The notes beneath the pieces are model-generated. The model was not told the origin of the DNA. It saw nothing but the letters and a program-made list of their open reading frames with translations, and ran no database searches. DNA of 64,000 bases from Antedon mediterranea. Its lineage: Eukaryota; Animalia; Echinodermata. The position numbers and the translations under genes were made by a program. This document shows, one piece after another, positions 1-12,600 of the stretch (the stretch's first letter is position 1; every line of letters begins with the position of its first letter). Where the stretch lies: positions 7,001,812-7,065,811 of the forward strand of contig NC_092675.1 of assembly GCF_964355755.1 (NCBI RefSeq). Direction: 5' to 3'.

Positions 1-287
1 AATACTGAATTTTATAGAAACATGTGTGAAATCAGGATATATATTTTAAATTCAGGAGACTACCGAATAATTTGGGAGGGTTGGAACATATGTTAATATT
101 TAGAAAAGTATGAAATCTCAACTGTGCATATACTAGCAATGGTGTACGCAGTATAGTAAGATTATCTATACATACATAAGTACACAGTGTGATCAATAAG
201 GATCCTGATTATATGATGACAACCAATTGCAGTATTAGAAAAATAAACAAAAATAATACAGCAATGTAAAATGACTTGTTTTTTCAG

Positions 288-3236
288 CGAGAAGAATCTG
301 CAGAATCATCAGAGGTCAAAGGTCAGTAATATATTAAATATTCTTGAAAATTATATTGTAAATAATCATATTATGTATCATATTTTCAAGTACTTTGGCA
401 AATGGACAGAAGTTCCAATCTTTTATTAATACAAATATTAATTTTATTATTTTTTATTTATTATATTAACTTTTTCTTAATATTAGGAACAACCCTTGCC
501 GAAAGTGCTAGCGCTTACGAAGAAGCGCGAGAAAATCAGCGACTAAAATTAGATAAGGTACCTCAAGTAAATGGTGAAGAAGATGAAGAAAATGTCTTAC
601 AGGTAAAACTCATTTACTAATTATATATACTTAATTACTAACAATATAAGGCTGTGTTTCCTCAGCCATAACAACATTATCAGTTAATTTTTTTAACCAA
701 TAAAGTGTGCATGATCAGTCATTACCAAACAACTAGATGCCCAATCAAAACAATTTTTACTTCAGCTCAAATGTTAAAAATTATCGCATTTATCCGATAA
801 TTATCCGATTTGAATGAGATAATAATTCTACAGGCAGTATCGGTTAATTTTTATCGTTTAAGTAACGGTTAATTTTTTGCTGCGGAAACATACCCTAAAA
901 TAATAAATTTCTGCCTACATTTAAACAAGTTTTTTATAAATCAATAATATTTAATCACCCACTAGTAATTTTCAAGTTTCTTTCACAAATATTTATTTGT
1001 TGTCCACAGGCCCAGTGTAAGCTGTATTTATTTGATAGCTCAACACAATCTTGGCTAGAAAAAGGGCGTGGACTGCTGCGCTTAAACGACAAATCACAAG
1101 CATATGGCTCTCATTTTCATTCAAGACTAGGTAAGACTTAATAAAAGGCTTTCGATTTATGATTACTGTTGACCTATGAACATGCTAGGATAGGCCATCA
1201 AAACTGTATTGCGGTGGGAACAATGAAGTTCCCCACATGAACACAATGAATTGACATGTCCTAATTAGGTTGTCGTCACAAATTCAACATTAGCCAACAC
1301 TTGCCAAAAATGTAATTTCCAGTAAACTTGAAGACTATTGAAAGAATTTGTGCCAAAATTAGATGTTTATCAGGGTTAATTTTGTTTTGCCTCCTCTCTA
1401 AGTGAATACAATTTAAGAAAAATACTTCAATATATTTATTGAGTAAATTAAAATACTTAAAGGTATATAGTCCCCCTGAAAAGATAATTTTTTTTAAATG
1501 TTTTTATTGAATATGCCATTTGAATATCACAGTTATTTTTTACTGAAACTAAAATAATGTATTATTGGTTGTCAGAAACTTATTTATTATGTTTATAATA
1601 GAAAAATTGTATTTATTTAGTATTTTGATTGATATATTAACTATGTGGTTGCCTCTGATAATAATTGAAATATTTTGAATCTTTTTGTTTTAATAGTAAT
1701 GAGAACACAAGGCAGTTTACGAGTTGTTCTCAACACGAAAGTCTGGTCAAACATGACTGTAGACAAGGCCAACCCTAAGAGCATCAGAATCACCGCCATG
1801 GACTCTGAGAATAAGATAAGAGTGTTTCTAATTGTGGTCAGTAAATTATTTTATTTCACTTAATTATGTGGCCGTGTTCACCATTCAGGAAAAATCTCCT
1901 CTCTAAGGTGAATACAATTATTTACCTGATAAAACTGTAAGCTAACGCAAAGGGTCCTGGGTTCAAGTCCTGTCATATGTCAGGATTTTTTCTAATGACA
2001 ATTTACAACTTCACTCCCAAAGACTTGTAATAAAGACTTTGTTTATATAGAGCATTGTGTATATGTTTGTCTCGTGAACGGATTGCCACATTTAAGAAGG
2101 ATAGTGATTGAATTTGCTTATGGTTATCCTTGGCAATTTGCCTAAATATATAAAATAAAATAAACAAATAAATAAATAAATAAAATTTAAGGGAAATACT
2201 TAAATATACAATAATGAGTTAAATAAAATTCTCAAAGATTGTTTCCTGAAAAAAAGTATTTTTTTTTAAATATTTTTGTTGAATATGCCATTTGAATTTC
2301 ACATAATGATTATTCAGTTTGATAAAAAAAATTGGATCGGGAAAAAAATTATTTACCTGATAAAACTGTAAGCTAACTCAAAAAGAGACATGAAACATGA
2401 GTCACAGGCTGGAATTTCCTGCATACAAATTAAAAATATATACAATTTATTGAATTTTGCTTTAAATTCTTTTGCTTTAAATTCTTTTGCTTATCATATT
2501 AAATTGGTTTTTTTTTCCTTAGACTGAACCTCACCATGCGGATCAAATCTACACAGCTATTGACCATCGTGTGCAAGCATTGAGGTACGCCGAGCAGAAA
2601 AAGTTTGAACAAGATATGGAAGCAGCAAAAAAGAACCAGCAATCGGACGAAGAGAAAGCTGATGAGAAGGGAGAATCAGCTACAATACCCGAAACTGATG
2701 CAGGTAATTTGTTTTCAAATTCTCTTTTTTTCCCTCACAAAATATTAAATCTATGACTAAAAATGAGTACAGTATAACAATTGTTGGTTTGTCGTATCTT
2801 GCTTTAGACCTATTCAGGTAAGTTGGTTTCATGGGCAAAGTTATCGCTAACTTTGGTGGGTAGGAACCAAATTACCAGGGGGTAAATAAGTACGCCATAA
2901 CATGCTAATAATAGTACAGTAACACTTTTCTTCATGCAATAATTTAATAAGATATTTACCAAATTTAAATTTTCACTAGTAGTAAACTAAGATTAATATA
3001 TTCTTAACATTATTTATCAATAGTTTATATAATATACAACCTTTTATATATTTTATATATTGAAATGTTGTTAAACTTCAAGTTGCAATAAAGAATATGA
3101 TTATTTTAATAAACAGGCTCTCAGTGCACTGTGCATAAAATTGAGCAATCTGTATGTCTTTACAGGTATCAGTGATGAGAAAGAAAGCCAAGCTAGTGAT
3201 GAGAGTAACCCATCTCCACCTGCGGCAACAGAATAA
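288..3236 (+). CDS. RANBP3: Ran-binding protein 3 (RanBD/RanBP1 domain), 3' part; 5' exons lie upstream of the window
   Basis: Exons 288-321, 487-602, 1010-1130, 1697-1836, 2523-2703, 3166-3236(TAA) have AG/GT borders with consistent phases. Translation includes GEEDEENVLQ-AQCKLYLFDSSTQSWLEKGRGLLRLND...SRLVMRTQGSLRVVLNTKVW...IRITAMD, the RanBP3-type Ran-binding domain. Confidence 0.92.
649..896. mobile_element. MITE (probably Harbinger-like) in RANBP3 intron
   Basis: Imperfect TIRs AGGCTGTGTTTCCTCAGC / GCTGCGGAAACATACCCT; no ORF. Confidence 0.55.
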
Positions 3237-5333
3237 TATTCATTCCCAACCAATCTATATAAAAGACAAATGAATGAGTTCCTTGTGTAGCCCCATGTAG
3301 AACTTGGGACCGAGTACTCACAAAGGAGGTGAAAGCATTGTGTTAAAGAGTGTTAATGTCAATTGCATACAGACAGCTATCTGCAAAATGGATGCCCTCA
3401 GATCTACCAGACCCTTTAGGGCCAGGGCAGGGTAGATGAACTCCTGTTTTCTGAATGTCCAGTTTTTAGACTATAATTACATTTTAACATGGTTATAAGT
3501 TTTTAAACTAAGGCTACTGTACGCTTCCCTTGTTCCTGTGGCAAGTATGCTCCAAATTAGTTGCATCAAAGTTCAGACCTACCCAAGTTTAAATGTTGCC
3601 TTCTCCATAAATCTTAACATTTCATTTCATAGTTTTGTATTTTTTAATTTTTAAAAATCAAAACAAATAATTCATAAGTTGGAGTCCTGTACTTTATTTA
3701 ATTTATTTTTACCTCCCTGGTATAATTTATTATTGAAAATAAGATTACCACCCTGATAGCAAAGCTGTGGGGTAGGTATCATTGCGTTGTTATGGTATAA
3801 TTGGATACAACTAAAATTAGTTAAACCATGGAATAATTATGATTCCTTCATGGTTACCCACTAAATAATAGTTTTGGCTTCAAGAGAATAAAAATATGAT
3901 TACCTAACTCGGCATACTGTAAATGTCTGATACTAATACTCATTACAAAATGGAGCACCAACAATTGTGCAAGTCAATTTTTGAATGAGTTTGAAAGCGA
4001 TCATTCATACAGAGCAGTGCTCTTATTATATAAAGCGTAATTAAGCAAAAAAAAAAACTTGATTACAATTTGTTTTCCTAAATTAAATATTTTACCTAAA
4101 TTAAATCTTATGTACTTGTGAACATTTTTATACTGTAAAATGTGATAGAAATTATTTCTAGAAGCATTTAATTTAAATTTTGTTAATAACACCGAAGAAA
4201 GATAAAAAATTATAACTTCTGTTATATTATTATTTAGATTCTTATTCAAAGTACTTACTTAAATAGTATTAATGGGTGTGTAGAAAGCGATGACCTCGAA
4301 TTGATTAATGTAGAATGTAGAGCTAAAAATGTTTTTAAAGAAGAAAAAAAGAATGGAACACCTTTAATATCCAACATGTGTCCCCTTTAGTGACGTCCCC
4401 TAAATAGGGGTTTACTGTAGTGTTAAATCATATAGCCTCCTTGTGCGTTTTACAAGTAAATGTCCCTTTAATAAAGGAGTAACCTGAATAGGGGTATTCA
4501 TAAGGAGCGTTCTACTATACTGTATTTTTTTTCACACACCATTTCATTATCTATTTGACAAGAGGTTAAGTGATGTATGAATAAAAAATGTACCTTATTA
4601 TCGATTTTACCTGGTAGGTGCTGCAACCACTAAGATACAGAAGTTCATCATGTGCCCGTACATGCATATGAATAGTTAAATATTTAGTTTTGTGGTTTTT
4701 AGTTTTTAAGCTCAAGTAAAATCATTAAAATTAGTGTAAGTAGTAATATTCCGTACAACTTATTTTTAATAGATGTTTCATTTTTAGTTTGAATTGCTGT
4801 ACTGACTTCTGATGCGACTATTTAGGGGGAAGATATAGTGGATGGGCCTTTACCGTCTATATAAAATCACTCTTAAATTAGAGCTTATGGTCAAGTACAG
4901 CAATAAAGCGGTTAAACTCAATTATTGGTAAATATTGTATAATTACATTGTCGATCATTTTAAAAAAAATTGTTTTTTATGTAATGGCTTTACCAACTAG
5001 TTTTAATACCAGCTCTCATCCACAAACAGAATGTTTCGTTCAACTTTAAATTGCCTCACTCTGATTGTTTTGAAGTGATCTTTAAACTCCCAAAAAGTGT
5101 TTGTTATTGCCATTGTTGGCAGTTATTTATCAATACATTTTACTTGGAATCATGGTACTGTGTTGGTATATGTATATTCTCATATATACAGTCAGTACAT
5201 CTCAATATTGACACCTCATAGTATTTGTAAAATACTGTAGTGTGGTGGTGTGGTTTATAAGTGGGAAATGTTACTGTACAATTCTTTATTAAGTAGATTT
5301 AGCGTACTGTATACATCATTATGTAGTATCTTA

Positions 5334-5527
5334 AGCCTGTTTTCATGTCGACGTTATTCGACGCTATCGTCGTTGATTGTTAACAGTTCAACGACGATCG
5401 TTTGCAAACGATCAAGTTGAAATGATAACAATAGCGAGTACCTTTTCCTGTAAATCGTTAACATTTCAATGTTTACGTAGATGATCGCCGATTATTGTTA
5501 ACGATAACGTCGACAGGAAAACAGGCT
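5334..5527. mobile_element. PIF/Harbinger-like MITE downstream of the RANBP3 stop (probable 3' UTR)
   Basis: TIRs AGCCTGTTTTCATGTCGACGTTAT / ATAACGTCGACAGGAAAACAGGCT with TTA on both sides. Confidence 0.75.
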
Positions 5528-6233
5528 TTAGTCTACTCAATAATAATATTTATAACCTTTGTTGTAATTTGCATATTCTGTAATATCATTAAATTAAAGC
5601 ATTTGAAGAGATTTAAATCTCATGTATAACTGTTTATTTTTTTAAGTAATTTTATTACTCAAGTAGTAGGGAAAGTTTGTGAACGTTAAAGGGTTAAATA
5701 TAACCCAGTGTTTAAGTTGGCGCAAGTGTCATTATGCTGTTTCGAAATAAATGTTTCTGGATATTTCTATATTGGCTTTTTGTGTGGATTGTTCTGCATT
5801 TCAATTTTTCTTTACAAGATTTTTTAGCAAGTGCTACTATATTTACTTATTGTTAGTTCTCCATGTAGGGGTTCTTCTGTAGTCTCCAAAACATACCATC
5901 AAAAAATGACACAGAACACAAATAAGTTTGTCAGATTTTATTTAAAAAATATTGCACATTGTATACAATGTTCCTTTGATGTTTACAAAGTATTAAAAGA
6001 AAAATTACGATTAACTTTCCTATACAACGGTAATCCATGATTGAATTTGTTTATAAATTATTCATGAATCAAAAGCTGGCCATGCATAATAATTTGTAAA
6101 AGACTAAGGCTACTGGTAATTATCAGCTGTTTTGAACGATTGGTAGCCTAGAGGGTGTTGACAGTGTACAGCTCTGTCTACAAAACTAAACTTTACGTTA
6201 CAAAAAATGTGCCCATATGATGCTATATCACTA

Positions 6234-6380
6234 CAGTTGATTCTCTGATAAACCAGAAACTCTCCCAATGCCAGACTTTTTCCAAAAGGTTCCAAATTCC
6301 TTTTTACCATTAAAAACACATTCCGAATACCAGACATATTTGGCCAGCTCAAAGGTGTACAGTATTGAGAGAGTTGACTG
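6234..6380. mobile_element. Tc1/mariner-pogo-like MITE inserted in a family-A MITE (~6170-6440)
   Basis: CAGTTGA...TTGACTG termini with TA duplication, splitting the family-A motif ATATCACTA|CCATATT. A related copy lies at ~20430-20617. Confidence 0.75.
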
Positions 6381-6608
6381 TACCATATTATGACCACATG
6401 AGCACATCAAACTTTTTTGTCAAACTAGTTTGATAGTGTTTATTTTTTAGTGTGTAGAAGAGATACTAAGAAGGTTACTGTAGGTTAATCATGGAGAGAA
6501 TGGGAGTGGAGTGAGTTGTTTCGTGAAAAAAACCAAGGAAATTTGTAGGCCTATTTTTTTACATGACATGGTTGTTTTTATTGTTTTAAATCAAAATACT
6601 TTATTAAA

Positions 6609-9600
6609 TCACACCACAATATGTGTCATTAAAATGTGGTTTGCAAGATCTTCATTACCACTTGATCTGTATATCAATGATAAATTGAACGCAGCCTCTC
6701 TGCGGAGATCAAATGTTTCATCACCTTCGATAGAGGGAGCTGTTTTCAAGGCTTCCTCATAGAAATGAATTGCAAGATGGTACAGACCTGAAAGAAATTA
6801 AAAAGATTGTTAAAAGTAACAGTAAACAAAACATTATAATACAGTAATACAGTACCGTAAAACCTCGAAAAGAAGCCCATGGGCTTCTTCTTTTTTTTAG
6901 TGCTCTTGGGTGGGCTTCCTTTCGAGATGGGCTTCTTTTCGAGAGTACTTTTGCAAATTGTAGAGGGGGGCTTCTTTTCGAAATGAATGCTGTAAATTTT
7001 GTGAATTTCTACTACAATAATGTGACTTTTGAGACATTTTTTCAACCATGAAATTATGTTTAATATACCAATTAAAAAACAATATAAAAAGCAAAAAACA
7101 GTCCTATGATTCACCGTCAAATACAATAATTTCGTCATCATCTCAATACAGTATGAGTAGTCTATCTCGAAATGAAGTCCCTACTATCTTGAAAAGAAGC
7201 CCAGGGGGCTTCATTTCGAGATGGGCTTCTTTTCGAGAGTACTTTTGCAAACTGTAGAGAGAGACTTCTTTTCGAGATGGGCTTCTTTTCGAGGTTTAAG
7301 CCCATGGGCTTCTTTTCGGGGTTTTACGGTATTAGGAAACTCATTTTAGTGTACTATACAGTTGTGACTTTTAGATTTCCACATCCATTATGTCGACTGC
7401 TACCCTGACGTCATATTTATGATATGCGCATGCGCATGTCGACTGGCAAATTTGTGCATTTTGCTGTTCGCTCTCTGACATGAGTATTAGTGGACGTATG
7501 ATGCTATAACACTGCAAAGTTTACAAATATCATGGTGGAGAATGATCTTGCAATGATTTTTTAAGGATGTAGTAAACTACAGTTAAATTATATTTACAAA
7601 CTGTGACTTATCGATTTATATTTGTTATTTTAAAAAAAGAGTTTAATACTAAAGATTATGGCCTGGATCTTATCACTAGGATGCCAACCTTTGTTCAGAA
7701 AATCAAGGATCAAGGCTAGGCCTAATCTACACACTCAGCCTGGCCTTTGCACTTTTACCGGCCCAGTGCGGTGGAATAGCTACACGAGAGCTGCTGGAGA
7801 TTACAAGGTCAGATTACTTCATACATTCAATGGCACGTCAACATAAATGTCCACTTAATCTAAATGTCCATATATCTGTCGATGAGTAACAGTACACTAC
7901 GACCCATGTGGATTTTAGCTACGTGCACATTCACTTAAATCTAAAAGTCCTTAGTGTTAAAATAAAAACCTACCAAGGTGATGCATAGCACGACCTATGT
8001 TATAACTGGTTTCTTGTATGTTTCCCCTTAACCGTTGATATTCTTTAAAAAATACAACAGCCTGTAAAACATAATATACGAATCAAAATATTTATATTTT
8101 GTTCTGGATAAACAAATAATTATATATATTGACAAGATAATGATGATTCTGTTTGCACAGGATTAGCAGTAGTTTTTTTATCCACTCAAAGCTAAAATGC
8201 CTATTGCTCACAGGTATGGACCACACAAGCTACTTTCATCTCTCCTTTCAGCAGCCACCAACGACTGGAGCTAAGATAGACCAGAGCTCTTCCCACCTTT
8301 CTGAAAGATGTACTAGGTTTTTAAGTGCACACAAGCTAGATGTGTACAATAACTCCAATTTTAAGCTATTACTCGAGAAGGTTGTTCTTGTAGAGTACTT
8401 ATGCATTTAAAAAAAATTTTTTATTTAATATATTACACAGAAGCGCCTTACAAGGTGGAACCACCTTAGCTTCAAGGTGCCTCAGATTAACAAATACAAC
8501 ATTCTAAAACAAAAAACTAACAGAAACATCAATCAAATCTTCCAGATAATTTATGTTCAAATTCAATTTATTTATTTAATGAATAAAGTTTAATAGTTTA
8601 AGTTCAACTATGGTTCAGGAGCCTTGAACCTGTGCCAAATAGGTTGCATTGTCCCTGGTTTAACCACTCAACCATCTATGGATAGATTGTTGGTGGTTAT
8701 GGTTGAGCATCTTGTGCATGCAAGACAACCCCTTGTGTAAACAGTGAAGCCAGTTTTCCTGTCAATCATTGAGTTGTGCTAAGCTGCGTTGAGTTTAAAA
8801 TCGATAAAGTTGAAAATATGACTACGATCATGATCAAGCTGCTAATATTTACACACTTTTACGCGATCATTTAAAGTTTCTTGGTTCTCTCGAGCGTTGA
8901 TGGGACATGTGGACGTGAATTATTACAAAACCAATATTCCGCTTGCCCCTGTGCTTACCTGCATTATTACCATCTGTCTTTTAGTAGGAAACTTTTGACA
9001 AGCAATATGTAGAAATGTTAAAGCAATGAACAGGTTGGTCATGTCAGAATCTGGGTTCATCTTGTATCCTCGTACGTATTCACCTTAAAAAACAACAAAA
9101 ACATATTGATAAAGTTATTATATACAGTAAGGCATTATAGGGTAAGAATCAAGAACGTTTATTTGATTAAAAAAATAAATAAACATAGGCCTAACAAATA
9201 TTATAATCAAATCAATATCTTTGTTCATTCATAAATAAATAAGCCTGTATAGATGAATAGGCATGATAGGATCAACAGGGGACTCGCATTGTTAAGGAAT
9301 ACCATAGCCACTTTCATTAGGGATATGTATATAACCTTGATATTTCCATGTTTGGTTCTGTTATAGATTACTGTACGCATACTTTTAACTACAGTATACT
9401 GTATGTATGTACCTGTTATATTGTTTGAAGTTTGCATGGCGAAATCAAATGTTGATTTGTGGTGTACCGCAAACTTTATATCAATACCTCAAAATATCAA
9501 TAACCACAAAAGCTCTGTTGCTAATTGCTACTGTGCATATACTGTTATAGTACAATATCTTCAGTAGGCTACTATTAGAGTTAAACCCAGAACCAGAGAT

Positions 9601-12600
9601 TGGTAAAATTCTAACCATGAAGCCACATTATAACTCTGCTTTTCACACATTATTTGGTGGAACAGCAATAGTTCATTTATGAACATGTGCCAGAGACTAC
9701 ATTGATATACCCTTATCTTTAAGTTCTGTCTACACTATCAAACTAGTTTGACAAAAAAAAGTGTGCCCAAATATGGTAGTGATATACCCAAATATGGTAG
9801 TGATATGACATCATCATGCCCATATATGGGCACATTTTTTTGATAGTGTAGACAGAGCTTTAGTTTACCTAGAGCATGTTTGTAACTGCCTTTGTAAAAT
9901 GCATTGTGACCATTTAACAAACTCAATGCAAAACTGTCAGGATATTTCTGAAAGTAAAAACAACATTGTAGTTTAAATATAGAATATGAAACTGTCAAAG
10001 CATAAAGCTCTGTCTACACTATCCCATATATGGATCTGATGATGTCATACCACTACCATATTTGGACATACCACTACCATATTTGGGAACATCACATTTT
10101 TACAAAATAGTTTAAAAGTGTAGACATAGCTTAAATAAGTAACTATACCATGACAAAAAGCACGACAAAAATTTAAAAAAAGAAACCACACTTTACCCTG
10201 ATTGTGAGACGAAGACAAAATCGCATGAGAAACTTCATGTCGTGATGTTGCGCCATCATTAAACCTAATAAATTCCAAGACTGATTATTGTAACCATCCT
10301 GAAATCGAACAGGATTATAATGGTATTGTTAGATATATACATAGATAAATATAATAATAATATAGCACATTTTTATTGCGCCCTTTTCATGAAAAAACAT
10401 GCTCAAAGGCGCTTTACATAAAATACATCAAGACAGACAAAAAGTTAGTTATACATAGATACATAACAATATGGATGCAGTTTTAAAATAAATCTATAAA
10501 AAAGGTTGTTAAATTTATATATTAATTTATTTATTATTATAAATTCATTACTTTTAAAGATTGAATTAAACAGTAGCTCAAATTCATCATAGGGATCGCA
10601 ACGGAACACAAGGCAACACACACAGTAACTATAGTAACTACAGTACACTAATCAATTGCTCACTTTTGTAGTACACTAAAGGTTAGTAAGTACACCATTT
10701 GATTCCTCTCTCTTTTGTTATGGAGTGGATATCTTTACTTTAATTTATTTAAACATTGAGTACATTGAAAGAATGTTAATGCTAGGATTGCTAGTTCATA
10801 GCAATATGTATGTATGAAATAAAACCTATATACCATTCTGCATGTATTTCGCAAATACCAATTTGCTTTTGGATTGAGAAAGTCTCCACTCAGGTATGAT
10901 GCAAATATCATCATGTGACCAATCTCCTTAAGAAATAATTATAATTCATGTTTTTATAATAGTTATAATAAATTCTTCAGTTGATGCAAGTTTGTGACAA
11001 AGTCTATCATTTGATAATAATTTCATTTATGATGAAGGAAAAAGGTTACGTTGAAACTTACCCAACATTTCATGCGATACCATCGCACTTTCTCAAGATT
11101 GTAATTTCAGCTTGATTTGCCGACACTAATTATGATAACGCATGAAACGTTGAGTAAGTTTCAACATAACCTTTTTCCTTCACCATAAACAAAATTATTG
11201 TAAAATAATATTTGTTGGAAGGAGATGCATTTTTTCAATTTTAGTAAGTCTATTGTAGGTATATGAGTTCATTACTGTGCAACCTCATGATAGACTTTAA
11301 GTGTCCATATACTATATACTTGACCTTAAATAAAATTTGAAAAAAAAAATCATGATGGATTGCCTCATTTTTGTTTTTATTATATCAAATTTATTAGTAT
11401 ACTGACCCTTAACTTTTCAGTAAAATTTGATAGACGAGTAGACCACATTGCAGACGACAGCAAATGATGCAACGCCACGTAATCTTTGCAGGCTCCGAGA
11501 GCTTCGCAAACTTTCTTGAACAATTCCCACCATACTTCCTTATTAATCAGACTGTCATCCCCAATCAACTCGCATGGTTCACGGTCTGCTTTCACTCGTA
11601 ATTCACGTTGGTATTTCAACATTCTCTTCTGTTTGCGAGTTGATGATTCAGCTGTGGATATGTTGAACAGTTTAAAAAAAATATTCAAAAAGAATTTTCA
11701 CTTAAAAACTACCTAAAACCTCTATTAAGGTGACACCTTTGGGACCAAACATAGTGTCTCCTAATAGTGATGTCTTCAATTTCAATTCAATTTTATTTAT
11801 AAGATACATCATTGTGTAAAACATAAGAGGTTTTTTTTTAAAGTAGAATGCACTTATGCTGGAAAAACTTAAATAAGCCCAGAAGGCTTTAAGACTATAG
11901 TTCCACCAGAAAAAAATAATTCAAAAAGTATATATAATAAATGTTTCAAAGGAAGTCAATAAATAAATAAATAAAATTACAAATAAAAAATGAGTTAATA
12001 AATAAATAACGAGAAAAAAATTAAGCTACATACAAACAAAAAATATCAAGCTGATACAGTAAATGATTTCTGTAGGATTAAAAATAATGCTACTGTATTG
12101 TAATTAAAATTAAATTCAAACTTGATCGAAAAATATGAATAGGGTTGGCTGTAATGTGTTAAAACATATATTTCTCCTCATTCTTTTCACAGGAAAGTGT
12201 CCCTGAATAGAGGTGTCAGAATGATGTGAACAAGCCAAAATATGTGTTTATTATTAAAATAGTAATTATTAATATATTATAATTATGGGTTATCATTTGT
12301 CATACCAGCAAAGCCAAAATATATGTTTATTATCAAATAGTCATTATTAATATTTAATATAATAATTATGCTTTATTATTTTGCCATACCAGACATCCCT
12401 GTGTTATGGTGATGAAACGTATCAGAAAAATAGTGCGCCATCATCTTTAGGGCTTGGTTTGCAAATTCTCGCATGTTTCCTTGCGTGTACAACAACATAC
12501 ACTTCTGATGGATAAGCTGAATATCTTTCTCGGTCGAACATTCTTCTTCCATTTGCGAGTCTATAAACAGCAGAAGGATCATTAGAAAGGAATTGATAAG

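Noticed and set aside
1942-1975. tRNA-like fragment GGTCCTGGGTTCAAGTCC
   Set aside because: Only an anticodon/T-arm-like piece with no full cloverleaf; probably a SINE remnant.
6746-7257. Overlapping ORFs of 65-131 aa
   Set aside because: They lie in a repeat-rich MITE and overlap the last GTF3C3 exon out of frame.
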